Positions 48,667 through 61,341 of a DNA stretch of 64,000 bases are shown piece by piece; within the stretch, counting starts at the first letter, position 1; every line of letters starts with the position of its first letter. Source of the stretch: Octopus sinensis (lineage: Eukaryota). The stretch covers positions 20,658,464 to 20,722,463 of the forward strand of contig NC_043011.1 in the NCBI RefSeq assembly GCF_006345805.1, in the 5' to 3' direction. The notes beneath the pieces are model-generated. The model did not search any database, was not told the DNA's origin, and saw only the letters and a list, made by a program, of their open reading frames with translations. The position numbers and the translations under genes are program-made.

Positions 48667-48995
48667 CGGTACTACTGAAGAAGAGTGGTCCCGGTGCGCG
48701 CACTCGCGTACTCGCGCATCCACGCTAGCTAGCCGTGACTAGTCGATCCTACAACGACTACCCAGCAAAGTAAATAAAACACAAAAGAAATTAATTTTTT
48801 TTTATATAAAGTGAATAATTTTTTAAAAACAAAGTTTACAAAACACAAAAACACAAAGAAAATAATTTTTTTTAAACAAAGTAAATAAAACACAAAAACA
48901 CAAAGTAAGGATCGACTAGTCACGACTAGCTAGCTAGCACGGATGCGCGAGTACGCGAATGCGCGCACCGGGACCACTCTTCTTGAGTAGTACCG
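48667..48995. repeat. CpG-rich long inverted repeat (84/88-bp arms, A-rich 157-bp spacer), MITE-like
   Basis: 48667-48750 versus the reverse complement of 48908-48995 shows 5 mismatches and one 4-nt indel. Confidence 0.85.
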
Positions 48996-49749
48996 TTCAG
49001 TTCTTGCGTAATCATATCTATCTATCAATATATATGCCGATGTCGACTTTGCCTTTCATCCTTTCGGGGTCGATAAATAAAGTACCAGTTTCGCACTGGG
49101 GTCGATGTAATCGACTTAATCCCTTTGTCTGTCCTTGTTTGTCCCCTCTATGTTTAGCCCCTTGTGGGTAGTAAAGAAATATATATATAAATATATTAAA
49201 GTTAGCTAAGGCCGGTTTTTGGGATTACCTTGGGTTTCACGTCCATAAAGGCTTAGCTTTATGGTGCATCATCAGAAGAAAAAAAATAAATGAAAAGAAA
49301 ACTATTTTCTCACCTGATAGTGTGTGTCTCTTTTGTAGGGCAGAAGCTACAGGTGTCAACTATCAATAAAGTTCAACATAGTCACGTTATTATTATTATT
49401 TGCAGAAATAAAAATCCGGTCGCAAAAAAAAACAACACTCACCGAAGCAACTGCTGATATAGTGTTGCGTGGTGCAGAGAAGTGATGCTGTGTGGTGTAC
49501 AGATATACCAAAGTGGTAGTAGTCGTGGTGATAGTGGTAGTGGTGGCCCTCTGTTAGCGAACCAAGTATAAATATTGGTGCAGCGTGGAGAACAGAGGTG
49601 TGTGTTTAATGAAGCAAAGAGGAAGGCGGAAAAGGTTAAAGAGGAAGATAGCGTGTAAGAAAATAGAGACGGAGAGAGAGAGAGAGAGAGATAAAAGAAA
49701 GGACAATGTTTGGTGTAGGATTCTAGCTATCTTTTACTCTATTCCCACA

Positions 49750-49830
49750 TGTGTGTGCGTGTGTGTGTGTGTATAGATATATATATAAACATATACACAC
49801 ACATATATACATGCATATATATATATATAA

Positions 49831-49897
<67 letters not shown>

Positions 49898-49941
49898 TAC
49901 ACATATATATATATATACACACACACATAATATATATATAT

Positions 49942-49986
<45 letters not shown>

Positions 49987-50018
49987 TATATATATATAAT
50001 ATATATATATACACACAC

Positions 50019-50085
<67 letters not shown>

Positions 50086-50090
50086 GTGTG
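49750..50090. repeat. compound (TA)/(CA) microsatellite
   Basis: Direct reading. Confidence 0.95.
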
Positions 50091-50926
50091 TGTGTGTATC
50101 AGGGTCGTGAGCACGCCGGACAAACTATTTAGCGGCATTTCGTCCGGCAGAATTGTTAGCACGCCGGGCAAAATGCTTTGCGGTAATTTCTTCTATCTTT
50201 ACGTTCTAAGTTCAAATTCCACTGAGGTTGACTTTGCCTTTCCTCCTTTCAGAGTTTGAGGAAATAATTATCAGCTGAGCACTGGATTCGATGTAATCGA
50301 CTAGACCCTATCACCACCACCACCAACAACAACAACACTGCCAAAATATAATAGAAAGGATACATGGTATTTCAAGGGTCAGACAATTTGTTCTATCACT
50401 GACCCTTTCATGGAATCGTTAATAAATTATCGACCGCGCCTAAAAAAATTCTAAACTAAAATTGATTTCATATCTTGGCACAAGACCAGCAGTTTCCAGA
50501 GAGCGGGTAAAATCGATTGCATCGACCTCAGTATTCAACTGGTACTTATTTTATCGATCTCGAAATGATGAAAGGCAAAGTCGACCATAGCGGAATTTGA
50601 ACTCAGAACGTGTGGACGGACGAAATGACGCAAAGCATTTTGCCCGGCGTGCTAATTTATAAAATATACTTTATTAATAAAAATGTTTTTGATTAAAAAC
50701 AATTCTTTCTTTCTTCTTTTTTGGTGTCGTTGTCGTTTTTTAATTAGAAATATTTAAAGAAATTTAGTGAAAATATTTTGAAATTGATGAAGAACAATAA
50801 AAATTCAATCATATTATATTGATATAATCGAACATTTAATGTTTATAGACCCTTTTGGCTAGCCACATAAAATCTCCCACACCCACGCATACACTCAGGG
50901 GCCAATATTGACCACTTTGCCGGCAC

Positions 50927-51003
<77 letters not shown>

Positions 51004-51240
51004 TTTTTTTTGTACTTGTTTCAGTCATTTGACTGCGGCAATGCTGGAGCACCGCCTTTAGAGTGGTGAAAGAGTACAGCAGGGATCACCACCACCATCC
51101 CTGCCGGAGCCTCGTGAAGCTTTTTTAGGTGTTTTCGCTCAATAAACACACACAACGCCCGGTCTGGGAATCGAAACCGCGATCCTCCGACCGCAAGTCC
51201 GCTGCCCTAACCACTAGGCCATTATATATATATATATATA

Positions 51241-51273
<33 letters not shown>

Positions 51274-51292
51274 GTGTGTGTGTGTGTGTGTG

Positions 51293-51330
<38 letters not shown>

Positions 51331-51557
51331 TTTTTTTTTTTTTTGTACTTGTTTCAGTCATTTGACTGCGGCCATGCTGGAGCACCGCCTTTAGAGTGGT
51401 GAAAGAGTACAGCAGGGATCACCACCACCATCCCTGCCGGAGCCTCGTGAAGCTTTTTTAGGTGTTTTCGCTCAATAAACACACACAACGCCCGGTCTGG
51501 GAATCGAAACCGCGATCCTCCGACCGCAAGTCCGCTGCCCTAACCACTAGGCCATTA
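51004..51557 (-). repeat. two tandem near-identical copies of a chimeric SINE (family C head plus family A tail)
   Basis: ~51004-51225 and ~51335-51557, separated by a (TA)(TG) tract. Confidence 0.85.
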
Positions 51558-52659
51558 TATATATATATATATATATACATATACACACACACATTCAGAC
51601 ATGTAGATTGGTTTGTAACCTGTGGACTGCAAGCGTGACAGCTGGCGTGGCTTTACGATTTCGAGGGAACCTTCTCCCAAAGATTAGGGGCAAAAGGAGG
51701 ATGTCTTGGTAAAGAATCGCCTTTTTTATATATTCATTTTTTGTTTCTGTTCTGTTACTAAGTGCATCATGTGCTCCACATACCCGAATTATATACCCAT
51801 TCGAGAATCGGCTGTATTTACTTAGATATACAATCTAGAGGGTTTTAAAATGTTAATAATCGTATTTTGGAAAGAAAATTAACAATTGTACAATTATTTT
51901 AATAAAATCTTAGAAAACGAACACCTACAAGAATTATAATAATTATAATTAATCCTAACTGGATTGTAATCATATTATTTTCAAATAGACAGTCGACAGA
52001 ATATAATATATTATTCCAATCATCACAGAATGCGTAACAACGATGTCTTTTGGTTATATAAGAATACCGCGTTCTTATTGTGGATATAATCAATGGAAAT
52101 TACTCCAAAATATTACTGGGACTTAACTTTCTAAGCCCCCCATAAGGGATGCAAAATAGAAATGTCTAGTACTGCTTAAACTAAGCATGGTAATGGATGT
52201 TATGTCCATTTAATTACGTCATATTGATTGAAGCCAACGTCTCGACAGAAGCATAGGTGTGTGGTTAAGAGGTTGGCTTTGTAAACCAGTAGTTCTAGGT
52301 TCGATCCTACGGAGAAGCACTATTGGCAAGTGCATTGGTTCATCAATACTTTAAGAAGGAAAACAGGTAGACAGAAACTGTGCTGAAGCCCGTCGTGTAT
52401 GTAAGCATGTATGCACGCATGCATGCATGTATGCAAGCATACACATACGTATGTATATGTGCATGCACTTATGCATGCATGCGTGCATGTATATATGCAT
52501 GTCCTTGTATTAGTTACTGTCTATGTGTCTGTGGTGTATGTGTGTATTCCATATGTATATGTGATTGTGCACATATGTTCACTCAGGAACCTCAAACGAA
52601 GAATCCCTGAAATATTTTACAAGTTTCCACTCTATCTCTAATCAAGTGTTTATCTGTCT

Positions 52660-53030
52660 TTCTATCTATATCTATTTTGTCTGTCTGCCTGTCTATCTTT
52701 CTGCCTTTCTCTCTTTCTCTCCTTTCCTCTTCTCTTTCTCTACCTACCCCTCTCTCTCTCTTTCTCTCTTTCCCTGTCTGACCATATCTCTCTTTTTCTG
52801 TCTGCCTGTCTCAGTTTGTCTCTCTCTCTCCCTCTCTCTCTCTCTTTCTCTCTCTCCCCCTCGCTCTCTCCTTCTCTCTCTCCCTCTCCCTCTCTCTCTC
52901 TCCTTCTCTCTCCCCCCTCTCTCCTTCTCTCTCTCTCTCTCACTCACTCTCTCTCACTCTCTCTCTCACTCTCTCTCTCTCACTCTATCTCTCTCACTCT
53001 CACTCTCTCTCTCACTCTACCTCTCTCTGT
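52660..53030. repeat. (CT)n-rich polypyrimidine tract
   Basis: Direct reading. It is the source of the ERER/SLSL ORFs. Confidence 0.95.
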
Positions 53031-53250
53031 CTATTTTATTTTATCACGTTACCTCTCTAACTCACCTTCCCTTTCACCTCTCCTGGCACAGCTACTGGTT
53101 TCCCCTTCAAGCATTACCGAAAAAGACAAGCCAACCAGCAAAAACACTTATAGGAACATGCAGGGGAACTTACATGGCCCAGTGGTTAAGGCATTTTACA
53201 TACCAAGATATAAAGCCGTAATAAGAAAATGAGATGGCAAAGGAATTAAC

Positions 53251-53590
53251 AATTATCTTATGAACTTCATTAGCTATCAGTTGTTTCTGCTATAAATTGC
53301 AGTAGACTCATAGTTGAGTACCTGAATAACACCTTTTAGCTTTATCACAGCCTCAATTGCATTTCATATTAAAGGCTCCAAGCCGTAAGGTGTTACTCAG
53401 GCACTCAACTATGAATTTACTGCATCTTACAGCAGAAACGGCTGTAAGCTAATGAAGTTCATATGATAATTATTTATTCCAATGTCATTTCATTTTCTTA
53501 TCACTGTTCTGTACTCAACTAATGCTTCATTTGGAAGCATATGTATACTGAGTTCAATACCAGGTTGTCAGTCTCACAATGCCTAAGTGG
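53251..53590. mobile_element. Penelope-like remnant with inverted pseudo-LTR pair (53251-53471)
   Basis: ~85-bp imperfect inverted arms. The + arm ends agcaGAAAcggctGTAagct. Homologous to 7945-8205. Confidence 0.65.
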
Positions 53591-53610
53591 AATATTAAAA
53601 CATATCAAGA

Positions 53611-53866
53611 GCCACATGGAAGAGCGGCACATCTTTAAGATGATCAAATATGGTGAGCTGGCAAAGCAGTGAGGGTTATCACTGTACTGTGAAGCCTGTT
53701 GAAGTTGCATTGCAAGGATTCATGCCTGGCTGCATCAACCTGTCAGCTACTCAGGCAGTTGCATATCAAAGGATGCAGAAGAACTGCCGCAATCAAATGC
53801 TTGTCTGATGTTGTTGAAAAGAGCTCAATGTGGATATGGGCAAAGAGAAATGACCAATGGACCTAG
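53611..53866 (+). pseudogene. HERO/R2-group (restriction-like endonuclease) non-LTR retrotransposon C-terminal fragment
   Basis: Frameshifted KYGELA...KPVEVALQGF...VEKSSMWIWAKRNDQWT*, resembling the recalled HERO pattern PVEVGCRGF...ERASRWLWIKR...W. Confidence 0.65.
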
Positions 53867-54813
53867 TTATGGATTCCATTGGTTATGTACAGGAAGTATA
53901 AGGAAGAAGAGAACCGGTTCCTTTGTCAGTCAGAGTGGCTTAGTGGGCCAAAACACAAACCTGGGAACACAAGATAGCAAAAAAAAAAATGACCCAGGTT
54001 CAAATCCCGCTGGAGACAGGATTTTGGAAAGCAGCAGGAGGATACTTAAGAGTCATGACCCGGGTGGGCCCAGCTCCAATAGAGTGTCAGGTATAAGGAC
54101 CAAAACACTTGTCAGATGAGAGTTTTTCCTTTGAAGATCTCTCCTGCTGTGCGCATGCTCTCGCCTTCAACGAGTTTCTGTATTTTTTATATAGATATGT
54201 GTGTATCTTAGAATATACCAGTGTAAAATGATGTCAAGTTACTTTCTTTTATGCCAAAAGGTAATTTAACCATTCGATAGAGATCAAGAAGAGAAGTATC
54301 AACCTGAAGAAAGTACTGGTTTTGATATGGCCCACTGAAACCCTTAAAGGGGTTCTCTAGCATGGCCACAGTCCAATGACCAGAACCAATAAAAGAATGA
54401 AAGAATTAATAAAGCAAAGAAAAATGTTAATGATACAGGTGTTGCTAGGAATTATTATAGGACAATGAGGTGACAGGGAAATACTACTCAAATTGTACTC
54501 AAGATAAGAACATACGATTGAAGTTTTATCTGTTAAATGTTCATATAATCAATAGCTGTCATGAATTGTACTATTAGAAGTGTTAGTAGTGGAGTAGTAT
54601 TAGTTGTTGTTGTTGCTGTGGTTATGACAACTGTGCTGGTCAGAGTAATAGTTATAATTATAACAAAAACTAAGTTGTGTGTCTGAATGAAAAAAATGTG
54701 TACATGTAATAAAGGTTTTATACCAGGTTGAGTCAAAAGTTTTTACACATTTTCTCTGATGCTTTTTGGCAACTTGTATCATCACTGCTGAATTATTTAT
54801 TCTTTATTTTCAA

Positions 54814-55208
54814 CTAGCAGTATCGCCCAGCGTTGCTCGGGTTTGTAAGGGAAATAACTATATAAGCATTTTTAGAGATGTAAAGTATAATAGCCATCTC
54901 AATATGGCTAACCACAAAGGCGGGTGTTACTGTAGCTTTTTACGTTCTGAGATTTAATAATACATTTTTAGAGAGTTGCTTCCCTTATATTATAGCAAAA
55001 AAATGCATTAAAAATAGGGAAAAATTATGGTAAATTTTTTTTTAAATCGTAGACTCATCGTAGATGTGCGCTAATACCCAGAAGGGCTCGATATGAATCA
55101 CGACTATAGGATACCCGCTTTTGGTTACACTGCACCGCAAAATGTGGGAGTAGTTTGGAATCTAAATCGTAGGAGACAGACACACAACTTCACTTTTATA
55201 TATAAAGA
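54814..55208 (-). mobile_element. non-autonomous Helitron, same family as 7485-7888
   Basis: A|TC at 55208, CTAG|T at 54814, subterminal hairpin. Confidence 0.85.
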
Positions 55209-55647
55209 TTATAACATATAACCCTTTAGCATTTAAGCTGGCCATATCCAGCCCAAAGAGTCTGTCTGTTTTATTTTCAAACTGGCCAGATCATGCTTCT
55301 CACAGTTACCCTACAATGTCATTCTGAAAATCAGACTGTCAAATGAGGAATTATGCCTCAAAACTGGTTGCAATAAAATAGTTCTTGAAATAGAATGCTC
55401 ATGGCTCAGATGACCACACTCTCACAGTAGACGAGAAAGGTAGCATTAACTTAAGATCGACATTATCTGGAAAGTGAAAGCCTGAATGGCGGGAAACAAA
55501 CATAGTGAAGAACAGTTGAAGGTAAAATGAGGGAAAGTGGCCCTACATGGGACAAGGCAGAAAAAGATGCTGAAAACCAGTCTGGGCGACTGAATCATTG
55601 GTGCCTTATTTCTAAATTATGAAAAAGAGGATTCATCATCGTCAACG

Positions 55648-55684
<37 letters not shown>

Positions 55685-55837
55685 TATCATCGTTATTATC
55701 ATTTAATGTCTGTTCTATTCTGGCATAAGTTGGATGGGTTAACAGGACCTAACAAACTGCAGAGCTGCATCAGGCTCTTATGTCTACTTTAGCATGGTTT
55801 CTATTGCCAATAACTTTACAAGATTAATCATATGATA

Positions 55838-56400
55838 AACCAGCCCACTTATGCATACCTTTCCTTCATTGGACATTAAACTCTATTTGCGAAGACCTGT
55901 TGAGGCAAGTGAAATCGAAATCAAATTCGATGACTGGCATCCGTGCTAGTGGAGCGCAAAGAGTACCATACGAGCGTGATCATTGCCAGAGCAACAAGCT
56001 GGCCTCTGTGCCAATGGCACGTAAAAAGCACCATTCGAGCGTGATCATTACCTGCGTCACCTTACTGGCACTTGTGCTGGTGGCATGTAAAAAAACATTC
56101 TAGTGAGGTCGTTGCCAGTGCCGCTGGACTAGCTCCTGTGCAGGTGGCACATAGAAAGCACCATTTGAGCGTGGCTGCTGCTAGTACCACCTGACTGGCC
56201 CTCGTGCTGGTGGTACATAAAAGCACCCACTGTACTCTCGGAGTGGTTGGCGTTAGGAAGGGCATCCAGATGAAGAAACTCTGCCAGATCAAGATTGGAG
56301 TCTGGTGTAGCCATCTGGTTCGCCAGACCTCAGTCAAATCGTCCAACCCATGCTAGCATGGAAAGCGGACGTTAAAGGATGATGATGATGATGATGATGA
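55838..56400 (+). mobile_element. RTE 3' UTR (type B), long copy with (GAT)n tail
   Basis: Matches 15560-15925 and 28470-28870. Confidence 0.82.
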
Positions 56401-56644
56401 TATACACACATGAGAAATACACTCAACATATAAAAGAGGTTTTTTTTTATTATTTTTCTCTTTGACTGGAAGTGGTTGAGCCCAGGACTGTCTAAACGAG
56501 AACAAAAAAAGAACAAACCAAAGTCTTCAGTGAAAATATGTGGTTTGTGGAGTCGACCATGTTCTCTGCTTCATTTTTTTGTAAATCACACATTCTCATT
56601 TAATTGTATATATTTTAATTGTTTGTTTTTTCTTTTTTTTATTT

Positions 56645-56862
56645 TTATTGCCCACAAGAGACTAAACATAGAGGGGACAAACAAGGACAGACAAAGGGAT
56701 TAAGTTGATTACATCGACCTCATTGCGTAACTGGTACTTAATTTATCGATCCCGAAAGGATGAAAGGCAAAGTCAACCTCGGCAGAATTTGAACTCAGAA
56801 CGTAACAGCAGACGAATTACCACTAAGCATTTCGCCCGGCATGCTAATGTTTCTGCCAGCCC
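56645..56862 (-). mobile_element. SINE family B
   Basis: Reverse complement of the family B consensus. Similar copies at 15955-16100, 18930-19070, 60978-61210 and 63180-63395. Confidence 0.8.
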
Positions 56863-57544
56863 ACTGCCTTCGTTTAGCGTCCGTTTTCCATGCTAGCATG
56901 GGTTGGACGGGTCAACTGGGGTCTGTGAAGCTGGAAGGCTTCATCAGGCCCAGTCAGATCTGGCAGTGTTTCTACGGCTGGATGCCCTTCCTAACGCCAA
57001 CCACTGCCTTATTGTTTGTTTATTCATGTTTCATTTCATCTCATTCGATCCCTTGACCCCAATGTTTGTTTTCGTCAGTCCTCATATCATCCCCTCTTTT
57101 TCTCAACCTCTTGGTTAATAAAGAAATTGACTGTACACTGAAACAGTTAATGCTCCTCTACAACAATTACAGTTTGACAGCAGCAGGTAATAAATAGACA
57201 GAGAGATAATCCCAGAGGATCAACAATCTGAGAAGAAAGGGCTGGGTATAGAGATTAGCATGGGGACATAGGAACAATATAAATGACCTGGTGAATTGTT
57301 ACAATTTGTTAAGAAATAAAAGCTTATTACATAAATCCAGTCAGGTATTATGTATACATCTTAGTTATAAGACACCTGACAATTATCAGAAAACAAACCA
57401 AGTAAAACAAAAGGTAAATATAATTAATTAAAAAAAAAAAAAGAAGTCTTCTCTGAATAAATGAGGTTAATAGTCCAAAATATGTTTATCTTTAGTAAAA
57501 ACAATTTTACTGTCAACTGCCAATGTGAAAACTATGAATGAATA

Positions 57545-58040
57545 GGTGCAGGAGTGGCTGTGTGGTAAGTAGCTTGCTTACCAACCACATGGTTCCAGGT
57601 TCAGTCCCACTGCATAGCACTTTGGGCAAGTGTCTTCTACTATATCCTTGGGCCAACCAAAGCCTTGTGAGTGGATATGTATATATATATGTATGTGTGT
57701 ATATGTTTGTGTGCCTGTATTTGTCCCCCAGCATCGCTTGAATAAATCCTGGGGTCGATTTCTTCGACTAAAGGTGGTGCTCCAGCATGGCCGTAGTCAA
57801 ATGACTGAAACAAGTAAAAGAGTAAAGGGTAAAAGAGAATACTGAAAATCCCCCAACATCGCTTGACAACTGATGCTGGTGTGTTTACGTCCCCGTAACT
57901 TAGCGGTTCGGCAAAAGAGATCGATAGAATAAGTACTAAGCTTACAAAGAATAAGTCCTGGATTCAATTTCTTCGACTAAAGGCGGTGCTCCAGCATGGC
58001 CGCAGTCAAATGACTGAAACAAGTAAAAGAGTAAAAGAGA
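57545..58040 (+). mobile_element. internally deleted SINE A followed by a 5'-truncated SINE A
   Basis: The second piece is flanked by the direct repeat gaat(a/g)ctgaaaatc. Confidence 0.75.
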
Positions 58041-58482
58041 ATGCTGAAAATCTCAATTAGGATTTTAGCATTTTTGCACTAATGATATTTTCTTGTAGCT
58101 CTTTTCACACCGTATTTAGACTTTACTGCCCAATAAGGTTTGTTTCATTCTTCATTTGCTTATCTTTTATCTTTTACTTGTTTCAATCATTGGTCTGCTG
58201 CCATTCTGGAGCATTAATTTGAAGGGTTTAGTCAAGCAAATCCCCACTAATACATACTTTTTATGTCTGGTATTTATTCTGTCATTCTCTTTGGGAAAAC
58301 TTCCACTGATTGTCAAGGCAGTAGGGATACAAAGGCACACACACACAAATACCTATGTAGCAATAATATGTAGCAAATAAATGAGCAGAAGAAAATCTAT
58401 AATTAGTTGAAATGGTCCTTTATTAGTTCATTACAATTTAAGATACAACTTCTTTGAGGTGTTGTCATATATATATATATAA

Positions 58483-58850
58483 TGAAATTATTGTATACAG
58501 TGCTCAGGTGCACCACAACTTGTCAAAAGTGCGTATAAAGCATATGCAGTAATGCACAAATGTCTGGGAAGTGAACAGTGTTTGAGTCAGATACATGCTT
58601 GCGTGTGTATGGAGGGGAGAAAATCAGGTGTAGTGTTGGTGAATCTCAGGAAGCACGGAAGTTTTGAAGGATGCAGTGCTCCAACAACTAACAACTGATG
58701 CCGGCAGTCTGTTCCATGCTTCAGCAACTCTTAGCGTGAAAAAATGTTTCCGAAAGTCATGGGAGCTGTGCTGTTTTCTGACTTTGTAAACATCATACAC
58801 AAATTATTTGTTCTTTTGGTATCCATTCTGTAAGTAGTTAATTTCATATG
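58483..58850 (-). mobile_element. CR1/L2-type LINE 3' fragment
   Basis: Reverse complement of 12180-12550. Confidence 0.8.
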
Positions 58851-59281
58851 TGGGTGACTGCTAGAAGACAAGCAGACAGAAAAAGTAAGAGAGCCTACCT
58901 CTCTAGGCTGGCAATTAGATAGGGTGAAAGTTGTATTGCCATGTGATGACAATCCATAAGTGAAGAAAGGTAAACAGATGGTCCTCAGATGGGTGCCAAG
59001 TGACTGAAAATGATGGATCCGATTTTGGGTTCTGTATTTATATTTTTTTAATCTGAATTAAGTCAGGTTAAATGAAGGATTTTCTGTCTCTTATCTGCCT
59101 GAACTCTATTTCACCTAAGAATGTTAACTTAAACAATAGAACTGAACTAAGTATGGCAGTTGACTTGCATAAATTTCTAAGTGCAAATGCTGAGGACAAT
59201 AGGAAAGGAAGTGGTTTAAAAATGTAGATTTGGTTTCAAATCTTGACTTAGAATTTAGAGGCTATTCATTACACCTGAGCC

Positions 59282-59570
59282 TATTCTTCTTCGTCCCCAA
59301 CCAGGCTGTGGGCTGCCTATAGGTACTGCTCCAGATCCCGGTCGAGGTCCCAAAAATCCACTCTAAACATGTCCTTCGTAAAGGAGCCCAACACCCTGGA
59401 CATGTTGACCTCCGATATGACCCTCGCAGTCACCTGCGAAGGCCAATTCGGGTTTTCGGTCCAGGCTAAGGGCTCCTCCGTCCAGCCTTCTCGCTTCCTT
59501 AGGAAGCTTTCTATTGCCCCTCCCTTCAGAAAGAGTATGCCAAACTCATCTTACCACACAGCCACTCCTA
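59282..59570 (-). mobile_element. probable chimeric retrocopy: 20-nt SINE A head plus a GC-rich ORF C-terminus with (GAA)n end
   Basis: 77 open codons 59550-59317 (DEFGILF...FWDLDRDLEQYL*) lie directly after taggagtggctgtgtggtaa. Confidence 0.5.
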
Positions 59571-61341
59571 TGAAACATTTTTGAGTGCGTTCATAAAAGG
59601 TTCCTATGCTATTTATTCCAGCTACTGTTCATTATTCCCATCTTCTAGAGTAATTTTACGAAATGGTTATTAGTTTGGTGCCACTATAGCAAAGGATGAA
59701 TATAAAATAACAAGAACTTCAGAATGGTAATTCATAAATTCTTTAATGCATTACTACCTATTTTTCCACAAACCTCTTCTATGTATATATTTATATATTT
59801 ACATATATATGCTGAACTTCTTTCAGTTTCTGTCTATCAAATTCACTCACCAAGCTTCAGTTGACCCAGGGCTTTAGTTGATGACACTTGTTTGTTCCTT
59901 CTCAAGACATGCCTGGTTCATAAGGGCCGGTTTCCCAGTTTCCTTGGCATATAGGTTCCCCACCTGGATGGGACGCCAGTACGTCGCAGGTGAGCTGCAA
60001 GATGCAGGAGGAAAAAGTGTGAGAAAGTTGTGGCAAAAGAGTCAACAGAAGTTTGCCATTACCTTCTGCAAGAGCCACGTGAAGCTTGTTTTTGCTCATA
60101 AACACACACATCGCCCGGTCTGAGATTCGAACCTGCGATCCCTCGACTGCAAGTCCGCTGCTCTAACCACTAGGCCATGTATCTCCACAAATAAATAATA
60201 AATGCACCCTTTTAGAACCTAGCCAGGCTCATGGGTCTGGTTTCCCAGTTTCTTTGGCGTATGTGTTCCCCAGCTGGACGGGACACCAGTCCATCGCAGC
60301 GTTACTCATTTTTGCCAGCTGAGTGGACTGGAGCAACGTGAAATGAAGTGTTTTGCTCAAGAACACAATGCATCGCCCGGTCCAGAAATCGAAACGACAA
60401 TCTTACGATCATGATGCTGACACCCTAACCAGTAAGCCACGTGCCTCCACATGATGGCACTTGCCCAAGGTGCCACACAGCAAGAGTGAACCTGAAACCA
60501 TATGGTAGGGAAGTAAACTTCTTACCTCACAGCCATGACTGCTCTTATGTTGTGTAAAGTTATTTGGTGGCAATCATGTAGAATATGGGTTATTTTCTTG
60601 AATGGTGATTGGATAAATTACATGTTATGTTTGTTGTGCTTTTGCATTTTATTACATAACAATTGTGTAGAATATGTTTTGTGTAGATGATGAACTTCAC
60701 TACATTTCTTTTTTTTTTTTTTGACCTGTTAATCAGAATTATAATCTAAATTTACCTAATTTATTTAGAAATGGTATCATCTGAGAAACACATTGTTTTT
60801 GGATGAAGTTCAAAGATCACAAGAGCTAAAATAAGTACTGTACACTGAGTCATCGATTATTGGATGTTTTCTGTTTTTAGCAACTTGGATTAATAAAATT
60901 CATGGCTGTCTTCCATAAACAATTGCTTCTTTGGTTTTCTCATTTCTTCCATTTTTGTGTCTGGTTGTTCAAATATATATTTCTTTACTACCCACAAGGG
61001 GCTAAACATAGAGGGTACAAACAAAGACAGACAAAGGGATTAAGTCGATTACATCGACCCAGTGCAAAACTGGTACTTTATTTATCAACCCCGAGAGGAT
61101 GAAAGGTAAAGTCGACCTCGGCGGAATTTGAACTCAGAACGTAACAACAGACAAAATGCCGCTAAGCATTTCGCCCGGCGCACTAACGTTTCTGCCAGCT
61201 CGCCGCCTTGGTTGTTCAAATATAGTTAACTTACTGACTATTTATCAGTATTGTTTGGAGAATGTGCATAGTAAAATCTGTTACCCATTTTAGGGCCATT
61301 GTCTGGTCTTGGGTGCTTTTTATGTAACAATAAAAGAAGTG

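Noticed and set aside
47947-48723. 258-aa His/Arg/Ser-rich ORF and the acidic ORF at 48453-48728
   Set aside because: They consist of (GAT)n, (GAC)n and (GAG)n trinucleotide tracts plus microsatellite, with no domain or convincing splice structure.
55335-55375. gagg-aattatg-cctc-aaaac resembling a Penelope-type ribozyme
   Set aside because: Both core boxes are mutated, so it is too degenerate to call.
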